Below are positions 11,601 to 21,067 of a DNA stretch of 64,000 nucleotides, piece by piece. Source of the DNA: Bdellovibrionales bacterium. GTDB taxonomy: Bacteria > Bdellovibrionota > Bdellovibrionia > Bdellovibrionales > UBA1609. A program made the position numbers and the translations under genes. Below the pieces are notes generated by a model, which worked only from the letters and a program-made list of their open reading frames with translations, was not told where the DNA came from and searched no databases. The number at the start of each line of letters is the position of its first letter. Position 1 is the first letter of the stretch. The stretch is from the NCBI GenBank assembly GCA_965202645.1, contig OZ241840.1, positions 411,556 through 475,555 on the forward strand, in the 5' to 3' direction.

Positions 11601-12154
11601 GTTTAAAAAACTGTTTTTAAAATCAAGAAATCCTGGACTGAAATGGCCTTTTCAAAAAAACCTTTTTCCTTTAAGCTTTTGGCTTTGTCGCAGGTTGCTT
11701 GGAGAAAGCTTTTGAAGTCCAATCCCATGTTAGACTTTTCGGAGAGTGGAGCGGGAAATCTTAGCTGTTCTGTCTTTCTAGCCTAAAGACGGGGGTTAGA
11801 TTCTCAATCTATATGGATACCCCACAGAACACCTCAAGTTTGCTTAGGGAGGTGACAAGCTGTTTTTTCACTCCAAAAGAGCTTTTGATTTGTTTTATAA
11901 AAGCTTTTTTTCATGGAAGGTAGCAAAGGCTGTGGCATTTTTGAGTTTGGATATAGGAGAGAAAACATCTTCTATACTGTTTTAATAAGCCAATAAAAAA
12001 TAGGGCTGGTTCAGTTTTTTTGGAAATCACGCAGAAATCATATAAAAGTCAAAAACAAAACAAAAAATATAGTAAGTTCAATTAGTTAAATGAAGTAAGC
12101 AGCTAAGGGACTCTGGCTTTCATATTTAGAGAGGCTTAAATAGCTGGAGGCTGT

Positions 12155-12484
12155 TTAAAAAGCTTTTTTGGCTGTAGCCAACACAACATGGTTTTTCTCA
12201 ATTTCACTGTGAAAGCTTTTTGGAAGCAAGGCCCAGTCCCGCGCCTCCACTAAAAAAGGGATGGAGGATTCTCTCAAAGCTGCTCGCAAAGCGCTCAATT
12301 TTGATGAGCTAATTTTTTTAAAATCCGGGGATCGAAGAGCTAAATCTAAGTCACTGGCGGGATGGCTTGTCCCTTGAACCCGACTGCCATAAGCTAAAAC
12401 TTCCACTCCCGGAGTATATTTTTGCAAAAGCTCCTCTAAAAGCTTTCTGTATTTTAAAGGCAGGCTCAATTTGTTTTCAGCCAT
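12155..12484 (-). CDS. Minimal nucleotidyltransferase (MNT) antitoxin
   Basis: YGSRVQG...SDLDLA (GS-x10-DxD). Overlaps the HEPN gene. Confidence 0.9.
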   Translation of the reverse strand: MAENKLSLPLKYRKLLEELLQKYTPGVEVLAYGSRVQGTSHPASDLDLALRSPDFKKISSSKLSALRAALRESSIPFLVEARDWALLPKSFHSEIEKNHVVLATAKKAF

Positions 12485-12929
12485 TGCCCGGACTCCTCAA
12501 AATTTTAACAATCGCTTTAGCGTCAGAGATAAAATGAGGAAGAAGCTTTAAAGTCTCTTCGGCAAAACCCTTCCCATAATCATGGGCGGTATTATTGCGA
12601 TTATCTCTATAGCTCAGCCATCGCTCGCTATGCTGAATGTCAATCAAGCTGTGCTTGGCGGCGTGGCGAAAAATGTCTTTAAAGGCCAGCCTGTCGACAG
12701 CCTTGTGAGAGGGGAGCCAATCCCGCAGTTTTTTTCTCAATAGCTTTCCGCATTGCTCTAAAATAATTTCAAACTCTTTGACGCAAGCCGCGCGATAAAT
12801 CTCATAAGAAATATCATCGATGGATTTTTTTCTCATTTGTTTGTAAGCGCTTTCCAGAGCCTCAACACATCGACTCAAATAATCCACATTGATTTTAACA
12901 GCCTCTGCCTCCTGCTCTGTTTGTTTCAT
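12477..12929 (-). CDS. HEPN toxin (HI0074 nucleotidyltransferase substrate-binding family)
   Basis: KEFEI..E and RNNTAHDY (R-x4-H-x-Y). Confidence 0.9.
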   Translation of the reverse strand: MKQTEQEAEAVKINVDYLSRCVEALESAYKQMRKKSIDDISYEIYRAACVKEFEIILEQCGKLLRKKLRDWLPSHKAVDRLAFKDIFRHAAKHSLIDIQHSERWLSYRDNRNNTAHDYGKGFAEETLKLLPHFISDAKAIVKILRSPGNG

Positions 12930-13231
12930 TTGGCTCCTCCTTTGCGTTATCAGTATTTTTACTCAAAAAAGCTTAAAAAGCCAACTGCGAGTTTGCGCCA
13001 ATATCCCTTTTTATATTAAAATCGCAAAAAATAAACCCTGGATCGCGCTAAAAAAGCAAGGCTAAAGTTATAAGGTTTTTCCATATTGCGCTGTATCCTT
13101 TTTCAAACTCCAAAGGGCTTTTATAACCCAAAGAGGAATGGAGGCCTTGAGCGCTATACCGCCCTTAAGCCGCTATGAGCTTTGCCAGCAGGGGCATAGT
13201 CTTTGTTGTTATATTGCGGTTAGAATGTTTT

Positions 13232-13504
13232 TTAAGCCGGATCAGAGGGAGAGGGGGCGCAAACGCTGATCTTTTGTTTATAGCGGTTGAATCTTTCAAA
13301 TTTCACATGCCCCTCAATGCGGGAAAAAATGCTGAAATCCCGTCCCACAGCCACATTTTGCCCCGGAAGAAAAACTGTGCCTCTTTGCCGAACCAAAATG
13401 GTCCCCGGCTTCACTTTTTGACCTCCAAAACGCTTGATTCCAAGCCTTTTGCTTTGGCTGTCTCTTCCGTTTTTGGTGCTTCCTGAAGCTTTTTTTGACG
13501 CCAT
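13232..13504 (-). CDS. rpmA: 50S ribosomal protein L27
   Basis: [22 protein letters not shown]...ILVRQRGT. Confidence 0.98.
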   Translation of the reverse strand: MASKKASGSTKNGRDSQSKRLGIKRFGGQKVKPGTILVRQRGTVFLPGQNVAVGRDFSIFSRIEGHVKFERFNRYKQKISVCAPSPSDPA

Positions 13505-13509
13505 AAGCT

Positions 13510-13564
13510 CTCCTTTGTTTTCTCCCCTTTATATATTATGCCCTCACATCCTGCAACTATACAT
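13510..13564 (-). mobile_element. Copy of an IS481-like left end forming the rplU-rpmA intergenic region
   Basis: 55 bp identical (reverse complement) to 61271-61325, which precedes the IS481-type transposase start. Confidence 0.75.
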
Positions 13565-14519
13565 CATTTTGCTTTTTGTCTTTTTGAGTTTTGCTCACTG
13601 GCTTTTTAGATTTTTCCGCTAAAGCCGGGCTTTTGTCCGCTTTTGTTTGGGAGACAGCTGTTTTTGCTTTTTGATTGGTTTTTCCGGTGGGAGGGGCTTG
13701 TTTTTTGTTTTGATCGGTTTTTCTGCTGTGGGCCTGCGCCTTCTTTTTGGGATCGGCTTTTAAGCTGTCTTTAGGAGCGGCTTTTGCACTGCCTTTAGCC
13801 GCGGTTTTGGAGGCGGATTTTCCCTTTTCAGCGGGGCTTTGTTTTACTGCGGGCTTTTGGGAGAGAGCTTGTTTTTCGCTTTGATCGGCTTTGCCTTGAG
13901 CCTTCTTTTTGGGATCGGCTTTTAAGCTGTCTTGGGGAGCGGCTTTTGCACTGCCTTTAGCCGCGGCTTTGGAGGCGGATTTTCCCTTTTCAGCGGGGCT
14001 TTGTTTTACTGCGGGCTTTTGGGAGAGGGCTTGTTTTTCGCTTTGATCGGCTTTGCCTTGAGCCTTCTTTTTGGGATCGGCTTTTAAGCTGTCTTTAGGA
14101 GCGGTTTTTGAACTGCCTTTGGCCGCAGATTTTAAGGCGGATTTTCCCTCTGGGGCGGGGCTTTTTTTCTCCTTTTGAGGTTTAAACTCCACTTTTGAAA
14201 CCTGGCCATCAGGGGAGATCAACTCCAAAATTTTAAGCTCAGTGACTTTTTGCCTGTGCCCCTGAGTGCGGCGGTATCCTTTGCGCCTCTTCTTTTTAAA
14301 AACAATTATTTTGCGGGCCAGAGACTGGCGGACAAGAATAGCTGTCACACGGCTTTTTTTGAGCTGAGGGCTGTGGCAGACAAAATCTTTCTCATTGATA
14401 AAAGCTATCACCGGAAGGTCAATACGCTCTTTTGGAGATAAATTTTGAAAGGGCGCGCGGATTAAGTCCCCCGCTTTTACTTTAAACTGTTGATGGCCTA
14501 AACGAACAATGGCAAACAT
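13557..14519 (-). CDS. rplU: 50S ribosomal protein L21 with a long K/A/S-rich repetitive C-terminal extension
   Basis: MFAIVRLGHQQFKV...KKKRRKGYRRTQGHRQ. Lies upstream of rpmA. Contains a 54-aa (162-bp) tandem unit. Confidence 0.95.
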   Translation of the reverse strand: MFAIVRLGHQQFKVKAGDLIRAPFQNLSPKERIDLPVIAFINEKDFVCHSPQLKKSRVTAILVRQSLARKIIVFKKKRRKGYRRTQGHRQKVTELKILELISPDGQVSKVEFKPQKEKKSPAPEGKSALKSAAKGSSKTAPKDSLKADPKKKAQGKADQSEKQALSQKPAVKQSPAEKGKSASKAAAKGSAKAAPQDSLKADPKKKAQGKADQSEKQALSQKPAVKQSPAEKGKSASKTAAKGSAKAAPKDSLKADPKKKAQAHSRKTDQNKKQAPPTGKTNQKAKTAVSQTKADKSPALAEKSKKPVSKTQKDKKQNDV

Positions 14520-14795
14520 AAATATTTCCCCTTAAGCTGAGGAATATTCCATAAAGCCCGCCGGCTTGTCAATAAAATTTTAAGCGGGTTTATTATTCGC
14601 GGCCTGTGAAGCGTTTTTCAGAGGGAATACATGCGCTTTTTAAGGTTTTAGCGGGGATCTTGTCCTCAAACCCCCGTTTAAAGCCCTCCGCCGGTGGAGG
14701 AGCGGCTAGAGGCAAAAAACACAAGCCTTCTTATACAGCCAGACCCTCCGCCGGTGGAGGAGCGGCCAGCGCCTCTATCCTCAAACAGGCTTAAG

Positions 14796-17700
14796 CTATG
14801 GGGCGGCCAGCAGGCGCAAAAGCTGTTTTGCCTCTTCAGAGAATCGATTAAAATCAATGGGAATAGCGCAAGTTTGCCCGGACAGCATTTTCCCCCCTTT
14901 AACTGCGAGAATTTTCAATATTTTATCAGAAGAGACCGGGGTCTTTTCATGGAAGGCCAAAGAGATATGCTGTTTTGTCATTTTAAAATCCCGGATGAGG
15001 AGCCTCTTGCAAAAATCTCTAATCTCCAGCAGAAAAAACAAATGGCCGAGCGCAGTGGGAAAGGGGCCAAACTCCTCTAAAAGCTCAAACTGGATGGCCA
15101 TCCGATCCTCTTCCCGCAAAGCTGTCGACAGGCTTTTGTAATACAATAGCCTTAAGCGCGGCTCAGGGATATAAGTTTCAGGGATGCCGGCGGAAAAGGG
15201 CAGGAGGATCTCAGGCTCTATAAAAATATCTTTTTGCTCCGCCATCTGCTCATTTAAAATTTCAAAATAAAGCTCCTCTCCCAGGCTTTCCAGATGGCCG
15301 CTTTGCTCGGATCCAAACAGAGAGCCGGCCCCGCGATTTTCCAAGTCATTTAAGGCCAGCTGAAAAGCCCCTCCCAGTCCGGCGTATTTTTCCAAAAGCG
15401 CCAGCCTCTCTTTAGCCAAAGCGGACAGGCGATCCTTTGCGGGAAACAGCAGATAGCAGTAAGCCTGCAGCGCCCCCCGCCCCACACGGCCTTTGAGCTG
15501 ATAAATTTGACTCAGCCCCATTTCATGCGCCCTATCAATAAACAAAGTGTTGGCTTGGGGAATATCCATTCCCGACTCAATAATGTTTGTGGAGGCTAAA
15601 AGATCATGCTTTTTTTCAAAAAAATCCAGCATAATCCGATCCAAGCCATCCATTTGCCCTTGGGCTATAGCTATTTTAAAATCCGGCAGTTGGCTTTGAA
15701 TTTGCTCAGCCATTTGGGTTAAGGTTTTGACTCGATTATGAACAAAAAGAATTTGCCCGCCCCGCTCTTTTTCTCTCCGGCAGGCCTGGACAATATCCCT
15801 CCAGCCATCTTCCTCCCAGCTCTTCAAAATAAGCTTCACAGCTTTTCTTTTGGCGGGGGGGCGGCTGATAACGCTAATGTCTTTAATTCCCGTTAAAGCC
15901 ATATTCAAAGTCCGGGGGATAGGGGTTGCGGACAGAGCTAAGACATCCAAGTTTTGCCTCAAGCGAAGCAGGCGCTCTTTTTGGCGGACTCCAAAGCGAT
16001 GCTCCTCATCTAAAATCAAAAGGCCCAGATTTTTAAAAGACAGCTTAGGGCTGAAGGCGGAGTGTGTGGCAATCAGAAAATCCACAGCCCCCTCTTTGAT
16101 TTTTTGAAAAATATCCTCTCTTTTTTTAGGGGAGATAAAGCGATTGGCCATTTCTAAACGAAAAGCTGTGTCTTTAAATCTTTGTTTAAAATTTTCAAAA
16201 TGCTGTAGAGTTAAAACGGTTGTGGGAGCTAAAAAGCAAACTTGAAAGCCATTTTCCAAAGCTCTAAAACAAGCTCTAAGAGCTGCCTCTGTTTTCCCAA
16301 AGCCGGTGTCGGCTGTGAGCAGGCGATCCATAGGCTGATCTTTGTCCATATCCGCCATAATCTCCTGAATGGCCCGTGTTTGATCGGGTGTCTCTAAAAA
16401 GGGAAAGCTTTTGGCAAAGCCCTCCAAAGCTTTTTTAACCGGGGCAAAAGGCTTGCGCCTCTTTTGCTTTCTCAGGCGGTAAAGCTCAATCAGCTCGATG
16501 GCCAGACTTTGAATGTGTTTTTTGGCTTTGGCTTTTTTCCGCTTCCAAAGGAGGGGATTGCCCAGGCGATCTAAAAAAGCTTTTCCCGCCGGCCCCGCTC
16601 TTTTTCGTGAGTATCGTTTAATTTGAGAGGCTCTATAGGCGGGAGCGAAGAGCTTATCCCCGCCTTTATAGATCAGGACAATAAAGTCCTCCTTTTTTCC
16701 CGATATTTTTAGAGTTTTTAGGCCGGCGAACTCTCCCACTCCGTGTTGCCGGTGGACCAGCAAATCGCCTGTTTCCAGTTTAGAAAACTCCAGAGCCTGG
16801 GCCCTTTGCCTAAAAAACTCAAAATGGCTGAGATTTTGACTCTTCTTTGATGTGAAATCCTCGGCCCGCAGATAGGCGGAATCCTCTTGGCAAAAAAAGC
16901 TCTCTTTGATGGGGGCGCTTAGAAAAATCAAATTTTTTTCATCCAAAAAATCATCCTCTGGGGATTTTAAAACTTTTTCTTTTAACAAAAGCTTTTTAAC
17001 TTCATTTGACTGGGGGCCGGTAAAAATAATATTGCGGACAGGGAGTCTTTTTAAATCCTCCTTTAAGTTTTGAGATTTTTTAAAAAGGGAGGAGGAAAAG
17101 CTGGTGAGGCTGGCAGGGGCCGGGCTTTGATCTTTTGAAGAGAGGGCGGAGGGGTAAAAGCCTCTCACTTGGATTAAGGGGCGATGGGCTTTAAAAGCTT
17201 TGAGAGTCTCTGGTTGAGGCTTGCTTTCATCTAATGAGAAGTGAGTTGGATTCAGCTTGGCCGGAAAAGCTTTGAGCGGGAGAGGCTCTCCGCCGGCTTT
17301 TTCCGGTTTGGCCGAAGGCTGAGTTTTTAGCTCTGATTTTTGGAATGGAGAAGGGGGCTCCTCTATCCTGCGCCAATCCTCAAAAAGGCTTTCGGATGTG
17401 AAAAAGGGGCTTTCCTTTTCCAAATTGGATTTTTCCTCCAGAAAGCGCTCTTGGGCTTTTTCCGGCTCAAACAGCCATATTTGAGGGGGGCGGGGGAACA
17501 AATCCAACGAGCAAGCTGAATTTAAGCCATTTAACAAATGCTCAAAGCCGGAATAAACGCGCCCTCTGGACAGGCTTTGAAAAAGCTCCTGAGGCAAAGC
17601 GGCGTCTAACTGCTTTTCCCGCTTTCTTAAATAATCACAAAGCTCTTGTCTGTCCTCTCCCGTCCAGCCCCATTCATAAAGAGAGGGGATCAGAGCCTGT

Positions 17701-18293
17701 TCCAACTCCCTCTGCCTTCTTTTAAACTCTTTGTCTAAAAGGTGAATGGATTGAAGGTGATCTCCTGACAGCTGAATCCTTAAGGGGCTGTCGTAAGCCG
17801 GGGAGAATATATCCATTAAAAAGCCTCTGGAGGAAAACTCCCCGGCTTTTTCAACACAGGGCATCTCCTCATAGCCTGCCGTTATGGAGCTGTCCACGCG
17901 CTCTCCTTTTTTAATGGAGCGGGCAATTAAAGAGCTGTTTGTTTTTTTTAAGAGGGCTTGCGGGCTGGCTAAAAAAAGGCGCGGGCCCTCTTCAGAAAAA
18001 TTAGCCCAAGCCTGCCATTTTCTTCTTTTCATTCTGATGGATTCGAAGCGCAAAGATTTTGGCTGGGGAAAGGGAGGAAGATCGAGCCATTGAATTTTTG
18101 GCTTTTTAAAACACAGAAAAGCCCGGAGCTTTTCCAGCTCTTTGCTGTCAGAGACAATCAAATGCCGGGTTTGAGAAAATTCTTTTTCCTCTAAAATTTT
18201 TTCAAAAAGGAGAGTCAGGCTGGATATAGCCTCTATGCCAAACAGCCTCCAGCCTGCTGGCCTCCTATATTCCGGTTTGATTTGTGATTTCAT
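14796..18293 (-). CDS. mfd: Transcription-repair coupling factor
   Basis: CarD-like LVHRQHGVG, ETPDQ, MDRLL..DTGFGKTE, DEEHRFGVRQKE, SATPIPRTL, QLKGRVGR and a TRCF C-terminus. Confidence 0.93.
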   Translation of the reverse strand: MKSQIKPEYRRPAGWRLFGIEAISSLTLLFEKILEEKEFSQTRHLIVSDSKELEKLRAFLCFKKPKIQWLDLPPFPQPKSLRFESIRMKRRKWQAWANFSEEGPRLFLASPQALLKKTNSSLIARSIKKGERVDSSITAGYEEMPCVEKAGEFSSRGFLMDIFSPAYDSPLRIQLSGDHLQSIHLLDKEFKRRQRELEQALIPSLYEWGWTGEDRQELCDYLRKREKQLDAALPQELFQSLSRGRVYSGFEHLLNGLNSACSLDLFPRPPQIWLFEPEKAQERFLEEKSNLEKESPFFTSESLFEDWRRIEEPPSPFQKSELKTQPSAKPEKAGGEPLPLKAFPAKLNPTHFSLDESKPQPETLKAFKAHRPLIQVRGFYPSALSSKDQSPAPASLTSFSSSLFKKSQNLKEDLKRLPVRNIIFTGPQSNEVKKLLLKEKVLKSPEDDFLDEKNLIFLSAPIKESFFCQEDSAYLRAEDFTSKKSQNLSHFEFFRQRAQALEFSKLETGDLLVHRQHGVGEFAGLKTLKISGKKEDFIVLIYKGGDKLFAPAYRASQIKRYSRKRAGPAGKAFLDRLGNPLLWKRKKAKAKKHIQSLAIELIELYRLRKQKRRKPFAPVKKALEGFAKSFPFLETPDQTRAIQEIMADMDKDQPMDRLLTADTGFGKTEAALRACFRALENGFQVCFLAPTTVLTLQHFENFKQRFKDTAFRLEMANRFISPKKREDIFQKIKEGAVDFLIATHSAFSPKLSFKNLGLLILDEEHRFGVRQKERLLRLRQNLDVLALSATPIPRTLNMALTGIKDISVISRPPAKRKAVKLILKSWEEDGWRDIVQACRREKERGGQILFVHNRVKTLTQMAEQIQSQLPDFKIAIAQGQMDGLDRIMLDFFEKKHDLLASTNIIESGMDIPQANTLFIDRAHEMGLSQIYQLKGRVGRGALQAYCYLLFPAKDRLSALAKERLALLEKYAGLGGAFQLALNDLENRGAGSLFGSEQSGHLESLGEELYFEILNEQMAEQKDIFIEPEILLPFSAGIPETYIPEPRLRLLYYKSLSTALREEDRMAIQFELLEEFGPFPTALGHLFFLLEIRDFCKRLLIRDFKMTKQHISLAFHEKTPVSSDKILKILAVKGGKMLSGQTCAIPIDFNRFSEEAKQLLRLLAAP

Positions 18294-18461
18294 ATTTTTT
18301 TGGACGGCCTCCGGCTGACTCTTTTCCGATCCCCTAATTAAGGGGGCGCTTAAGCCTAATTAGTCAAGGCTTTAAACTGGTCTCAGCCGTCCATTTTTAG
18401 GGGGCAAACCAAAAAATTTAAGCTTTTTTAGCCTAAATTCCAGCCTGATCCTCAATTTTCC

Positions 18462-18673
18462 AGAGTCCCAGTTTATTTTTGAGGGCTGTTTTGCGCTTGG
18501 GATTTCCCCGGCTGTATGTCCAAAAAGAGTTGTTAGAGTCCCAGTTTATTTTTGAGGGCTGTTTTGCGCTTGGGACTTCCTCGGCTGTATGTCCAAAAAG
18601 AGCTGTTAGAGTTTCAGTTTATTTTTGAGGGCTGTTTTGCGCTTGGGATTTCCCCGGCTGTATGTCCAAAAAG
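18462..18673. repeat. Three tandem 73-bp units
   Basis: AGAGTCCCAGTTTATTTTTGAGGGCTGTTTTGCGCTTGGG...TCCAAAAAG starting at 18462, 18535 and 18608. Confidence 0.85.
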
Positions 18674-18888
18674 CTGGCCCAGAGCGTTTTTTTATAAGCC
18701 ATAGATTTTTCTTGTTAAACTGTCCGTTAAGACATACTATGAAAAAAAAGAGGGCATAATATAGCCTTTTTTTCGCTGAGCTTATTTATGTGTGGGGGTA
18801 TATATAGCCTTTTTTTCGCTGAGCTTATTTGTATAATTGCAGGATGTTAGGGCATAATATATAAAGGGAAAAAATATATGAGGATGAG

Positions 18889-20397
18889 ATGGCAGGCAAA
18901 AATATAAAAACTATTCCGCTTTTTATAGGCGGGGAGTTTATTCAAAGCTCCTCGGCGGAAAAAAAAGAGGTTTTAGACCCATCCACAAACCAAGTTTTAG
19001 CTTATGTCCCTTATGCCGGCAAAGCGGAAATCGATCAGGCTGCTCAAAAGGCTAAAGAGGCTTTTAAAGAGTGGAGAAATGTCCCCGTGCCGGAAAGAGC
19101 CCGCTTGTTTTTTAAATATCAAGAGGCTTTAAAAGACTGTCAAGAGGAGATCGCCCGCGTCTTGGCGGAGGAAAACGGAAAAACTTTGGAGGACGCCAAA
19201 GGGGATGTTTGGAGGGGCATTGAGGTTGTGGAGCAAGCCTGCAGCGCCCCCGCCCTTATGATGGGGGAAACTGTTGAGAATGTTTCACGAAATATTGACA
19301 CCTATTCCTTAACACAGCCCTTAGGGGTTTGCGCCGGCGCCACTCCTTTTAATTTTCCGGCGATGATCCCTCTTTGGATGTTCCCTCTGGCTATAGTTTG
19401 CGGCAATAGCTTTATTTTAAAGCCGTCTGAGCAAGATCCTCTAACTCCCAATAAGCTGGCTGAGCTGTTTCAAAGCTGTGGCTTTCCCAAGGGCGTTCTC
19501 AATGTTGTTCATGGCGGCGCTGAGCAGGCCCATCATCTGTTGGAGCATCCGGATGTTAAAGCCTTCTCTTTTGTCGGATCGGCCCGCGGGGCGGAGGCGG
19601 TTTATAAAAAAGGCGCTCAAAATTTAAAGCGGGTGCAGGCTTTTGCGGGGGCAAAAAATCATTTAGCTGTTATGCCGGACGCCAATAAAAAAGAGGCCAT
19701 TCGCCATTTGACCGGATCGGCCTGCGGCGCGGCCGGCCAAAGGTGCATGGCTGTCAGCGTGGCTGTTTTTGTCGGGCGATCTTGTGAATGGATCCCTGAC
19801 TTAAAAGAGTCCCTGTCTAAACTTCAACCGGGAAGTTGGAAAGACAAAACAGCGGATTTTGGGCCATTGATTTCCAGAGAGTCCAAGGCGCGGGTATTGT
19901 CGCTCATTGAATCCGGCAAAAAAGAGGGCGCGAAGCTGTTGCTGGACGGCTCCAGCTATCAATCTAAAAACTGGCCGAATGGGAATTTTGTCGGCCCCTC
20001 TTTGTTTGATCATGTGACTGCTGATATGAAAATTTATCAAGAGGAGATTTTTGGCCCCGTCCTTCTCTGTGTGAGAGTGGAAAATTTATCCCAAGCCATT
20101 GAGTTTATCAATCAAAATCCTTATGGCAACGGGACATCCATTTTCACAAGCTCTGGAGGATCTGCCCGCAAATTTCAGCATGAGATTGAAGTTGGGCAGG
20201 TGGGCATCAACATTCCCATTCCTGTGCCTTTGCCTTTTTTCTCTTTTACAGGCTGGAAAAAATCTTTTTTAGGAGATCTCCACGCTTACGGGAAACAGGC
20301 TATTCGCTTTTACACCGAAACCAAAACTGTCATCTCCCGCTGGTTTGACGAGGGGGGCGATTCTCAAGATCCCAACATGACAATTCGCATGGGCTGA
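18889..20397 (+). CDS. mmsA: Methylmalonate-semialdehyde dehydrogenase (CoA-acylating)
   Basis: [47 protein letters not shown]. Confidence 0.95.
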   Translation: MAGKNIKTIPLFIGGEFIQSSSAEKKEVLDPSTNQVLAYVPYAGKAEIDQAAQKAKEAFKEWRNVPVPERARLFFKYQEALKDCQEEIARVLAEENGKTLEDAKGDVWRGIEVVEQACSAPALMMGETVENVSRNIDTYSLTQPLGVCAGATPFNFPAMIPLWMFPLAIVCGNSFILKPSEQDPLTPNKLAELFQSCGFPKGVLNVVHGGAEQAHHLLEHPDVKAFSFVGSARGAEAVYKKGAQNLKRVQAFAGAKNHLAVMPDANKKEAIRHLTGSACGAAGQRCMAVSVAVFVGRSCEWIPDLKESLSKLQPGSWKDKTADFGPLISRESKARVLSLIESGKKEGAKLLLDGSSYQSKNWPNGNFVGPSLFDHVTADMKIYQEEIFGPVLLCVRVENLSQAIEFINQNPYGNGTSIFTSSGGSARKFQHEIEVGQVGINIPIPVPLPFFSFTGWKKSFLGDLHAYGKQAIRFYTETKTVISRWFDEGGDSQDPNMTIRMG

Positions 20398-20897
20398 ATA
20401 CAGCTTGTTGGCCGGAATCCCAATATGGCGGAGCTGAATACAACAGCAGTAAAAATCAGCTCGGTCAAATAGCTATAGGGGCGTCAAAATTGCCTCTCGC
20501 TCAAAAAAGTCAAATAGCTATAGGGGCGCCCCCTCTTTGAGGCCAGCTGAGGCCATCTGAGGAGCGCCCATCTTATTTTTGAAATTAAAACAATCGCTTA
20601 AATAAGCGTTGCGGATAGCGGCTCCAGATGTAAAATTTTAAGCTGGTTTATTATTTATGGCCTAAAAGCCATTTAAGCGGATCCGCGGGCCAGCGCGCCG
20701 GATTGTAAAATTTTCAAACCGGAGCAATAAGCTTGCATTTATCAATTTTTATGTTATTTATAAGCCCGATAAGAGTTGAGAAAGGCTGGTCTAAATAAAT
20801 TGTCCATGAAAAGAGACAGAAAAAGCTTGAAATTAAGTTTTGCCATTTTTTTAAATTTAGGCTTAGAAATTTTTGAGCGGAGAAAATACTTGCATTT

Positions 20898-21033
20898 TGG
20901 ATTGTCCCCGAAAAATGGACAGTTCACTTGGAATAACCCTGTTCATAAATCAATAAGATCTGATTGTCAAGGCTGGAGTGAATCCGCCGTGTATTATAAA
21001 AACCCTCAATATAGTTAAAGATTCCTTTTTTAA
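20898..21033 (-). mobile_element. IS3-family right-end remnant
   Basis: Near-identical to 60977-61112, the end of the IS3 transposase fragment. Confidence 0.8.
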
Positions 21034-21067
21034 GGAGCAAACCATAAAAACAGGAGGAGCTGTAAAG

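Noticed and set aside
12477-12929. HEPN protein as part of the CRISPR system
   Set aside because: It is 40 kb from the array and coupled to an MNT, so it is an ordinary TA pair.
13099-13145. 47-bp segment shared with 56487-56533
   Set aside because: The similarity is real and may be another IS3-like scrap (FYNPKR), but it has no defined ends and is too short to classify.
18462-18673. 73-bp periodic repeat as a CRISPR array
   Set aside because: The whole unit repeats and there is no variable spacer.
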